18,805 bases of DNA from Sulfurihydrogenibium sp. (GCA_037442825.1 JBBIPN010000021.1:1-18805); one strand, 5' to 3'. Shown: positions 7,386 to 15,565, numbered from the stretch's first letter. A program made the numbers and translations. Notes: generated by a model not told the origin, from the sequence alone.

Positions 7386-8513
7386 ATGAAAAAATATTTA
7401 ACATTGTTGGCTTTATCTTCATTAGTAGTTGTATCAAATGCAAGTACAGAAGATTTTAATGACGATTTAATAGAAGCAAAACAAGTAACAAAAATAGATG
7501 AATCTACATTATCTTCAATAGAAACAAAAAAGATAATATTATATCCACAGTACACTGTTCATTTAAACGATAAAGACGCAAATAAAAAATTACAGAACGC
7601 AAAACCTATAGAGGCAGAAGTTGGTGTAGTATACAATAAAAAAGATATAGGTATTGTTATTAAATGGAACGATGAAACAAAATCCATACAACCAAGTATG
7701 ACAACTAACAAATTTGGCGATGGTACATCTGTAGAATTTCCTACAGTTTATGGAAAAGGAAAAACCTTAGCTTACATTGGCATGGGTGATTCAAACCATC
7801 CTGTTATGGTTTATTTAAAAAAAGCTGTAGAAGGTAAAGATTATAAGAAAGCTTTCATATCAGAAGGCTTTGGAACAATGACAGAAGTTCAAGAGAAGTA
7901 TAATTTTACAATGAAGTACGATGAAAATAAAAAAGAATGGACAGCTATACTCGTAAAACCATTAAAAACACAAGATTTAATATTATCTGGATTAGTACCT
8001 GTTGCTTTTGCAGTTTGGGATGGAGATTCTTTAAATAGAGATGGTAATAAAATGATTTCTAGCTGGAAATTTGTAAAATTAGGAAAATCTAATCCTGATA
8101 CATCTTATATTAAATACATATCTTATGGTTATGGGGAAATTGGAAATCATCAGAAAGGGAAAGAGCTAATGATACAAAATGGTTGTAATGGTTGTCACAG
8201 ATTTGATGACCAAACATCAGCTCCAGAAGGTTTAGCTCCAAATTTATCTAAAATAGGTGGATATTCAAATCCAATATATCTAAAAGAATCTATAATCAAT
8301 CCTAATGATGTTGTTATCAAAAACTTAAATATAAATAGACACTACAATAAATCAGCAGATAGAGATAAAAATGGTGCATATCCCAACAACGATATGTATA
8401 CTTGGTATATAAAAAGTGAAAAAGGAAAATTACAATCAAAAATGCCACCTTATTCACATCTATCAGAACAAGATATTAACGATATTATAACTTATTTAAA
8501 AACTCTTAAATAA
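7386..8513 (+). CDS. Gamma subunit: secreted heme-b DOMON-like (EbdC/SerC/DdhC-type) domain fused to a C-terminal c-type cytochrome
   Basis: Start corrected from 7275 to ATG 7386 (AAGGAGG RBS at 7373-7379; signal peptide MKKYLTLLALSSLVVVSNA). N-domain has IKWND, FGDG..VEFP, YIGMG (candidate Met ligand) and VAFAVWDG...RDGNK (candidate Lys ligand). C-domain has CNGCH, APNLSKIG, YLKESIINP and the distal Met in SKMPPY. Confidence 0.85.
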   Translation: MKKYLTLLALSSLVVVSNASTEDFNDDLIEAKQVTKIDESTLSSIETKKIILYPQYTVHLNDKDANKKLQNAKPIEAEVGVVYNKKDIGIVIKWNDETKSIQPSMTTNKFGDGTSVEFPTVYGKGKTLAYIGMGDSNHPVMVYLKKAVEGKDYKKAFISEGFGTMTEVQEKYNFTMKYDENKKEWTAILVKPLKTQDLILSGLVPVAFAVWDGDSLNRDGNKMISSWKFVKLGKSNPDTSYIKYISYGYGEIGNHQKGKELMIQNGCNGCHRFDDQTSAPEGLAPNLSKIGGYSNPIYLKESIINPNDVVIKNLNINRHYNKSADRDKNGAYPNNDMYTWYIKSEKGKLQSKMPPYSHLSEQDINDIITYLKTLK

Positions 8514-8526
8514 GGAGGAAATAAAG

Positions 8527-8928
8527 ATGAAAAAATTATTTTTATCCTTTTTAGCAGCATCTTTTATAATGGGCATATCTTTTGCAGATGAAGAAGTAGG
8601 AGAAGAGATAGAACTATCAAGTGCAGTTATAACTGCAAAGTCATGTGCAGAAAAAGCTAAAGAAACAGGAAGTTTTGAACTTCTATCCAACTGTCCCCCT
8701 GTAGAAGCGGCTAAAACGGGATACGTAGTATATGATGTTACAGAAAACACGTTTTATTCTATTGCCCCTAAAAATGTATACTTTTTTGAACTTGATGAAG
8801 GTTTTGGTGGAAGTATAGATGTATCAGGAAAGATTCTAGGAAAAGAAGGAGATCTACCTGTTATTGAAGTACAAGATTATAAAATATCACCAAAACCAAA
8901 AGCTGGATTCTTTAAAGGATGTTTATAA
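8527..8928 (+). CDS. Small secreted acidic protein of unknown function with an internal Cys pair and a C-terminal GCL tail
   Basis: AAGGAGG RBS; signal peptide MKKLFLSFLAASFIMGISFA; Cys in KSCAE and SNCPP; beta-rich pattern; ends PKPKAGFFKGCL. Confidence 0.8.
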   Translation: MKKLFLSFLAASFIMGISFADEEVGEEIELSSAVITAKSCAEKAKETGSFELLSNCPPVEAAKTGYVVYDVTENTFYSIAPKNVYFFELDEGFGGSIDVSGKILGKEGDLPVIEVQDYKISPKPKAGFFKGCL

Positions 8929-8963
8929 TTGAACATTAAAATATCTAAATAAATTGAATAAAT

Positions 8964-8992
8964 TTGACTTAATGGAAAAGTTTATATATAAA
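8964..8992 (+). promoter_or_regulatory. Possible internal sigma70 promoter for module 2
   Basis: TTGACT (8964-8969), 17 bp, TATAAA (8987-8992) in a 94-bp intergenic gap. The AT-rich background weakens the match. Confidence 0.4.
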
Positions 8993-9022
8993 ATTAAGTA
9001 TTTAAACTAATGGAGGTTAGTT

Positions 9023-9658
9023 ATGAGACTTGGCTTTTTGGTAGATTTAAGTAGATGTATGGGATGTATGGCTTGTGCAGTATCTTGTAAAGCTGAAAAT
9101 GATGTTCCATTACACAGTTGGAGGTTGAGGGTCAAGTATATAGACCAGGGTGAGTTTCCAGATGTAAAAAGACATTTTGTACCACTTAGATGTAATCACT
9201 GTGAAAATGCTCCATGTGAGAGAATTTGTCCAGTAAGTGCATTACATTATTTACCAAATGGTATAGTCAATGTAGACCATAACAGATGCATTGGTTGTGC
9301 TTCTTGTATGATGGCTTGTCCATATAACGCTATATACATTGATCCAATAACAAACTCTGCTGATAAATGTACTTACTGTGCTCATAGAATAGAAGTTGGA
9401 ATGATGCCTGCTTGTGTAGTTGCATGTCCAACCCATGCAAATATTTTTGGAGACCTTGATGATCCAGAAAGTGAGATATCTAAATATTTAAAAGAACATA
9501 GAGATGTAATGGTTAGAAAACCAGAATTAAATACAAAACCTAAACATTTCTATGTTAGAGGTTCTACTGTTGCATTAGATCCACTTGCATCGGAAAGACC
9601 AGAAGGATATACACTCTTTACCGAAGTTAAATTTTTAGATCATATAGGAGGGCATTAA
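9023..9658 (+). CDS. Four-cluster ferredoxin subunit B (PsrB/TtrB/NrfC-like)
   Basis: CMGCMACAVSC, CNHCENAPCERICP, CIGCASCMMACPY and KCTYCAHR...PACVVACP; no signal peptide; GGAGG RBS. Confidence 0.9.
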   Translation: MRLGFLVDLSRCMGCMACAVSCKAENDVPLHSWRLRVKYIDQGEFPDVKRHFVPLRCNHCENAPCERICPVSALHYLPNGIVNVDHNRCIGCASCMMACPYNAIYIDPITNSADKCTYCAHRIEVGMMPACVVACPTHANIFGDLDDPESEISKYLKEHRDVMVRKPELNTKPKHFYVRGSTVALDPLASERPEGYTLFTEVKFLDHIGGH

Positions 9659-9660
9659 TC

Positions 9661-10542
9661 ATGTTAGGTGCAGAAGTAACTTTTGACGTTGCTTTACCTA
9701 AGGTAATTTGGGGATGGCTTGTTTCAACAAATATGTGGGCAAAAAGTATTGCAACAGGTAGTTTTTTAATTGGTATTTATTTTATAAAAAAATACCCAGA
9801 GAAAGATGCATTTTTTAGAAAATGGATTCCATTATTAGGTTTAATATTTATAGGTATTACACTGTTAGTAACAGTTTTAGATTTACATCATATGTTTAGA
9901 TTTTGGAAAATTTTCTTATTCGCTCATTTCACTTCAGCTGTTACATTAGGTGCATGGGTTGTATCAGCATTTGTTTTAGTATTACTTGTATCTTTTTGGT
10001 CTTGGGTTACAGGAAATAAAAAACTATTCGATAAGGTAATGCTCCCAGGTACTGTATTAGCATTTTTCTCTACCATTTACACTGCTGGAATTATGGGAGA
10101 AGCTACTGCAAGAGAGATATGGGTATTTCCAGCTGAGATGGTTCAAATGCTTTTATCTGCAGTTTTAGCAGGTTCTGCAGTATACTTGCTTTTAATGTCA
10201 ATTTTTAGCGTTCAATTAGAAGAGGTCAAAAGGGAACTTAGATATATATTTATAGGTACTGCTTCTTTGTCAGCCGCAATGTATATAGGAGAGTTAATGT
10301 TTGCAAAAATGCATTCAGAATTTTCCAATAGGGTTGTAGAAGTTTTAGCTTTTGGGGAACTTGCTCCTATGTTTTGGCTTGGAATATTCTTAACATTTAT
10401 TATACCTATCGTACTTATAGGAATAGCTAATGAAAATAAGAAATACGAGTATTTCTTACTTGGGTCTATATCTGCATTAATTGGTCTTTGGCTTGTAAAA
10501 CATTCATGGCTTTTAGCTCCTCAAATGTTACCATTAAGTTAA
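9661..10542 (+). CDS. NrfD/PsrC-family quinone-interacting membrane anchor subunit C
   Basis: About 8 hydrophobic helices; WG..V, LDLHH.FRFW, TSAVTLGAW and YTA motifs typical of NrfD/PsrC. Confidence 0.85.
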   Translation: MLGAEVTFDVALPKVIWGWLVSTNMWAKSIATGSFLIGIYFIKKYPEKDAFFRKWIPLLGLIFIGITLLVTVLDLHHMFRFWKIFLFAHFTSAVTLGAWVVSAFVLVLLVSFWSWVTGNKKLFDKVMLPGTVLAFFSTIYTAGIMGEATAREIWVFPAEMVQMLLSAVLAGSAVYLLLMSIFSVQLEEVKRELRYIFIGTASLSAAMYIGELMFAKMHSEFSNRVVEVLAFGELAPMFWLGIFLTFIIPIVLIGIANENKKYEYFLLGSISALIGLWLVKHSWLLAPQMLPLS

Positions 10543-10558
10543 TAGTGGAGGGAAAGAG

Positions 10559-13500
10559 ATGATAAGAACATCAAGAAGAAATTTTTTAAAAGGATCTGCA
10601 GCATCAATAGGAGGATTAGCTCTAGCTAAAGGTGTTTTTGAAAAAGTTGATGCTAATAGCAAAGTAGCAAACAATCAAGAATTAACATTTGAAACAAAAC
10701 ATCTTGACTATTATCCACCTTTTGAAAAGTGGAATGATTGGAAAGAACCAGAAGGTGCTTACTGGAAAACACATGGTGGAGCACTTAGAGATGGTGTTAA
10801 ACTTATAAACTATATGATAGTTCCAACAGCTTGTAACAACTGTGAAGCTTCTTGTGGTCTTACAGGATGGGTAGATAAAGATACAATGGTTGTAAAGAAG
10901 TTTATGGGTAATCCTTTCCATTCTGGTTCAAGAGGTAGAAACTGTGCAAAAGGATACGCATCCTTAGCCCAGATGTATGACCCAGATAGAATACCATTTC
11001 CATTAAAAAGAGCTCCAGGTAGTAAAAGAGGAGAAAATAAATGGATTAGAACTACGTGGGAAGAAGCTTTAGAAACTATTGGTAAAAAAATTAGAGAAGT
11101 TTTACAAAGAGGCGATGAAATATCTAAGAAACAGATAAACTATCAGGTAGGAAGACCAAACGAAATGAGTTTCAACGTAAAAAGGGTTGTTTGGTCTTGG
11201 GGAATAGACGGTAGAAATAGCCATACAAATATATGTTCATCAAACGGTAGATTTGGATCTATATTATGTGTTGGTGATGACAGAACATCTCCAGACTTTG
11301 CAAATTCAAGATTAATAATCCTCAACTCTTCCCATGCTGCAGATGCAGGTCACTACTATCAACAGCATGCTAGTTATATAGCAGATGCAAGGGCAAAAGG
11401 TGCAAAGTTGGTTGTAGTTGATCCAAGGTTGTCAAACTCTGCAGGTATGGCTGACCTTTGGATACCAACATGGCCTGGAACTGAAGCAGCATTATATTTA
11501 GCAATTTTAAATAAAATAATACAAGAAGGCAAGTATGATAGAAAGTTCGCAGAAAGATGGCTTAACTGGAAACAGCTTATGAAAGATAAAGAATATCTTA
11601 ACTACTTAAAAGAAAATGGATATATCTCATCTATACCTTCTGGTGAGACATTTGATGATTTCATAAGCTTACTTAAGGATATGTATAAAGATTATACATT
11701 TGAGTGGGCTGCAGAAGAGTGTAGAGTTCCTGTAGATAGGATATATAAACTTTATGAAATGGTAGTATGGGCTGGAAACGCTATTACAAACTATCAATGG
11801 AGAGGTCCAGCTGCAGGAAATAGAGGTGGTTGGTTAGTTGGAAAAGTTATGAATATGTTACTTGCCTTTATGGGATCTATAGGTTCTGTTGGTGGATTAG
11901 GATGGTCCCACTGGCATAAAATTGACGTTGGTGACAAAGGTGGAGATGCATGTATGGCAGATAAACCCGAAAAAATAAATGTTTGGAATGAGCTTCACTA
12001 TCCACCAGAATGGCCTTTATCTTCATATGAACTTAGTTTCATATATCCACATCTTTTGATAGATGATGAATGGAGAAATAAATGGAAAGAAAAAGGACTT
12101 AAAATACCAGATAAAGTAGAAGTTTGGTTTTCAAGAATATACAATCCTGTATGGATCAATCCAGACGGTTTTAGATGGGTTGAAGTACTAAAAGATGAAA
12201 ACAAATTTGGTTTGAATATCTATATGTCTCCTAACTGGGCTGAAACAGCATTTTACTGTGATTATATCTTACCTATGGGACTTGCAGGAGAAAGACACGA
12301 TCAACATTCTGAACCTACAAAACCAGAAAAATGGACATCATTTAGACAGCCAGTTTTAAGAGTTGCACTAATGAAATTAGGATGGAAGCCAAACGATCCT
12401 GCTAAAGCTACTCTTGAAGCACATAAAAAAGTAGGACTTGGTGAAGTATGGGAAGAAAACGAATTTTTCATCAATCTCGCTTTCCATATAGATCCAGATG
12501 GAATCTTAGGAATAAGAAAATACTGGGAATCAAAACAAAATCCTGGTAAGCCAGTTACAATTGAAGAGTATTACAATGCAGCATTTTCTAAATTACCAAG
12601 ACTATCAGAAGTATGTAAACAACTTGGTGTTACACCTTATGAGTATATGAGAGACAGAGGTGCTTGGACAGAAGCTTCAAACCTATACTACATAATGGAA
12701 AAACCACTTCCTTACGATGAACAAAAAGATGTTTACAAATATAAAGATAAAGAAATTCCAAAATCATCTATTAAAATAGATGAAGAGTTAGCTATCGCAT
12801 ATGTAGAAGAAGAAGGTAAAAAGCATAACATCGGTGTCTATAAAGATGGTAAAATTTTACAAGGGTTCCATACACCATCAGGACATATAGAGTTTTACTC
12901 TAAAACACTAAAAGAATGGAAATGGTCAGAGTACGCTGTCCCTTACTATCCTAAAAATAGAGAAGAAAGACAAAAGATGATACACATTGTTAGCCAAGTA
13001 CACCATGATTATATGACAGAAGAAAATGCCTTTGTATTAAATCCTATATACAGATTACCTTACTTAATACATACAAGAAGTGTTAACGCAAAATGGCTTA
13101 TGGAGATAGGCCAAAACCATAATCCACTTTGGATATACGAAAAAGATGCAAGAAAACTTGGTATAAACAGAGGAGATTCTGTAAAAGTTTGGGTTGTAGA
13201 TACACTAACAGGTATAAAAACAGGTTACTTTGTAGCAATGGCAATGCCAACACAAGCTACAAGACCTGGTGTAGTTGCATGTTCACACCACAATGGAAGA
13301 TGGAGACTTGTAAATGAAGTAAAAGTAGAAGGATTTGAACATCCACTTAGTGTAATGAGACTTGGTTCAGTTCTTGCAGAGATTAAAACAGAAGGTAGTA
13401 AGTATTTCTTAAGGACAAAAGAAGGGGTAAAACCTTTCAAATCATGGCAGTTCCCTGAATTTAACAAAGATACAGAGCTAATTTGGTGGAAAGGTACAAA

Positions 13501-13774
13501 CGGTGTATTCCAAAACGCTGTATTTCCAGCAAATCCAGATCCATTATCTGGTATGCAATGTTGGCATAAGAAAGTTTTAATAGAAAAAGCTGGTCCAGAA
13601 GATAAGATAGGTGATGTATTTGTTGATATTCAAAAAACATTTGAAGTATATAAAGCATGGAGAGATCAACTTACACGACCAGCTCCAGGACCAGGAGGTC
13701 TTAGAAGACCGAAATGGATGCCAAGACCATGGGTACCATTAACAGATGAAGCATACAAAATGCCAAGTGCTTAA
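10559..13774 (+). CDS. Tat-exported Mo/W-bisPGD oxidoreductase subunit A of the Psr/Ttr/Arr lineage (polysulfide/tetrathionate/thiosulfate reductase-like); substrate unknown
   Basis: Tat motif SRRNFLK; FS0 motif CNNCEASC...GRNCAKG; YDPDRI.FPLKR..RGENKW; predicted Cys Mo ligand in NSHTNICSS; VVVDPRLS; PGTEAA; C-terminal HTRS.N.KWL.E. Confidence 0.85.
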   Translation: MIRTSRRNFLKGSAASIGGLALAKGVFEKVDANSKVANNQELTFETKHLDYYPPFEKWNDWKEPEGAYWKTHGGALRDGVKLINYMIVPTACNNCEASCGLTGWVDKDTMVVKKFMGNPFHSGSRGRNCAKGYASLAQMYDPDRIPFPLKRAPGSKRGENKWIRTTWEEALETIGKKIREVLQRGDEISKKQINYQVGRPNEMSFNVKRVVWSWGIDGRNSHTNICSSNGRFGSILCVGDDRTSPDFANSRLIILNSSHAADAGHYYQQHASYIADARAKGAKLVVVDPRLSNSAGMADLWIPTWPGTEAALYLAILNKIIQEGKYDRKFAERWLNWKQLMKDKEYLNYLKENGYISSIPSGETFDDFISLLKDMYKDYTFEWAAEECRVPVDRIYKLYEMVVWAGNAITNYQWRGPAAGNRGGWLVGKVMNMLLAFMGSIGSVGGLGWSHWHKIDVGDKGGDACMADKPEKINVWNELHYPPEWPLSSYELSFIYPHLLIDDEWRNKWKEKGLKIPDKVEVWFSRIYNPVWINPDGFRWVEVLKDENKFGLNIYMSPNWAETAFYCDYILPMGLAGERHDQHSEPTKPEKWTSFRQPVLRVALMKLGWKPNDPAKATLEAHKKVGLGEVWEENEFFINLAFHIDPDGILGIRKYWESKQNPGKPVTIEEYYNAAFSKLPRLSEVCKQLGVTPYEYMRDRGAWTEASNLYYIMEKPLPYDEQKDVYKYKDKEIPKSSIKIDEELAIAYVEEEGKKHNIGVYKDGKILQGFHTPSGHIEFYSKTLKEWKWSEYAVPYYPKNREERQKMIHIVSQVHHDYMTEENAFVLNPIYRLPYLIHTRSVNAKWLMEIGQNHNPLWIYEKDARKLGINRGDSVKVWVVDTLTGIKTGYFVAMAMPTQATRPGVVACSHHNGRWRLVNEVKVEGFEHPLSVMRLGSVLAEIKTEGSKYFLRTKEGVKPFKSWQFPEFNKDTELIWWKGTNGVFQNAVFPANPDPLSGMQCWHKKVLIEKAGPEDKIGDVFVDIQKTFEVYKAWRDQLTRPAPGPGGLRRPKWMPRPWVPLTDEAYKMPSA

Positions 13775-13789
13775 CCATAAAAATTTAAT

Positions 13790-13814
13790 GAGGGCTTTTA
13801 TGCCCTCTTCTTTT
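13790..13814 (+). terminator. Intrinsic terminator-like hairpin after subunit A
   Basis: GAGGGC-TTTTAT-GCCCTC followed by TTCTTTT. Confidence 0.65.
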
Positions 13815-13835
13815 AAAATATATCAGGAGTAATGT

Positions 13836-14480
13836 ATGGACGAAAAAATTCAAGAAAACCAAGCAAGAATAAATATGTACGCTTTTATATCCCGTTTATT
13901 AGTTGAAGAAGTAGATAAAAAGCTATTAGAAAACATTAAAAATAATAAAGACCTTATAGAATTATTTCCACATACAAAACAATGGGAGACATTTTATCAA
14001 AAATCTACAAAAGAGATAATTGAAGAAGATCTAAATGTAGATTACACAACAATTTTTATACTTAACGTATATCCTTATGAATCTGTATTTATGAATGATG
14101 AAGGACATATAAATCCTACCCCTACAAACCCTACACTACAGTTTTATCTTGAAAATGGTTATGAAGTAGATTTGAATAAAACAAGAGTATTATCTCCAGA
14201 TCATTTAGCATTAGAGTTAGAGTTTATGATAACACTTATACAAGAACAGCTTAAGTCCTATTCCATAAACAAAATTGAAGAAGAAAAAAAATATTTAGAC
14301 TTACAAAAAAAGTTTATGGAAAATCATCTATTACAATGGGCTCCAATATATCTTATGACAGCAAGAGATATGGCAGAAACACCATTTTACTATGATGTAT
14401 GCCAACTTTCTCTTGATTTTATAATGTCAGATTATGAATATATATTAGAGCAGTCAGAAAGGATGGAAAATGTCAGATAG
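13836..14480 (+). CDS. TorD/DmsD-family redox enzyme maturation chaperone
   Basis: YPYESVF, PDHLALELEFM, HLLQW and FY motifs of the TorD/DmsD family; AGGAG RBS. Confidence 0.88.
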   Translation: MDEKIQENQARINMYAFISRLLVEEVDKKLLENIKNNKDLIELFPHTKQWETFYQKSTKEIIEEDLNVDYTTIFILNVYPYESVFMNDEGHINPTPTNPTLQFYLENGYEVDLNKTRVLSPDHLALELEFMITLIQEQLKSYSINKIEEEKKYLDLQKKFMENHLLQWAPIYLMTARDMAETPFYYDVCQLSLDFIMSDYEYILEQSERMENVR

Positions 14481-15561
14481 ATTACATTTTGATATATATT
14501 CTTGTGTAAGAGTTTACTATAGATATGCTGATTGTAAAAAATGCTTAGAAGTATGTCCTATAGAAAACACCATATATTTAGAAAACGATAAAATAAAAGT
14601 AAATCCACAATCTTGTGTGTTATGTAGTGCATGTGTAGGTAACTGTCCTACAGAAAGTTTTAAAATAGAGGGTTTTGATATAAATAACTTCTATAAAAAG
14701 TTCTTAGAAAGTGAAAACAATTTAATATCTTGTAAATTAAATATACCTTGTTTATCTGCTTTAGATGAAAACTATTTAGTCTCTATAGTAATAGAAAAAG
14801 AAAGTGATTTAATGTTAGACATTGGTCACTGTAGTAGTTGTCAAATAGAAAAACAGACTGATATCATCAACAAAAATGTAGAAAAAGCAAACTATATTTT
14901 AGATCAAATATCTTATCCTTATAGAGTCAAAATAGAAAATATAAGCTATACTAAACCAGAGCAACCAAAAAACAAAAGAAGGTCTTTTTTGAAAATATTC
15001 GCAAAACAAACAGCAGCATTAGCTTTTTGGATGATTGAAGATAAGATTCCTTTTGAAGATGAGAAAAGAAAAGAAGAAAATAAAAATTTCAAAAATATAG
15101 TTAGTGAAAAAGTAAATCCAATTAAAAGAGATATACTTTTATCTTCTCTCTCTAAAATAGAAGATAAAGAAAACAGATATTTTGAAGTAGATAAAATTGA
15201 ATTTTCTTCTGATAAATGGATAGATAGCTATAAATGTACAAACTGTTCTATCTGTTATAACGTTTGTCCCAGTGGAGCTTTATCACCAGATAGTTCTAAG
15301 TTAAAAGTATTATTTTCACCTACATTATGTATAAAATGTAGAATATGTCATGATGTTTGCCCAGAAAAATGTATATATTTAGAAGAAAAACTTTGTCTAT
15401 CTGATTTTATTTCTGATAAATATAAAGTTTTAGCTGAGCATGTTATGATTCCTTGTAGTGAATGTTTAGTTCCATTTTCTTATAAAGGGGATTCTACAGT
15501 TTGTCCTCGTTGTAGACAGTTAGAAGATGATTTAAAAGAGCTGTTAAAAATAGGAGATTAA
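14470..15561 (+). CDS. Cytoplasmic polyferredoxin (4Fe-4S dicluster protein), probable maturation or electron-transfer accessory
   Basis: CKKCLEVCP, CVLCSACVGNCP, CSSC, CTNCSICYNVCP, CIKCRICHDVCP and terminal CSEC...CPRC; overlaps the chaperone gene by 11 nt. Confidence 0.82.
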   Translation: MSDRLHFDIYSCVRVYYRYADCKKCLEVCPIENTIYLENDKIKVNPQSCVLCSACVGNCPTESFKIEGFDINNFYKKFLESENNLISCKLNIPCLSALDENYLVSIVIEKESDLMLDIGHCSSCQIEKQTDIINKNVEKANYILDQISYPYRVKIENISYTKPEQPKNKRRSFLKIFAKQTAALAFWMIEDKIPFEDEKRKEENKNFKNIVSEKVNPIKRDILLSSLSKIEDKENRYFEVDKIEFSSDKWIDSYKCTNCSICYNVCPSGALSPDSSKLKVLFSPTLCIKCRICHDVCPEKCIYLEEKLCLSDFISDKYKVLAEHVMIPCSECLVPFSYKGDSTVCPRCRQLEDDLKELLKIGD

Positions 15562-15565
15562 TTTT

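Noticed and set aside
1088..13658. Short alternative-frame and antisense ORFs (e.g. 1088-1288, 3356-3586, 3671-4015, 7292-7555, 8496-8750, 10682-10921, 13129-13317, 13225-13467)
   Set aside because: All lie within or almost entirely overlap well-supported genes and show no recognisable motifs.
493..15561. Selenocysteine recoding in the Cys-tailed or rhodanese proteins
   Set aside because: All cluster genes end in TAA or TAG and the relevant Cys codons are TGT; no TGA read-through is needed.
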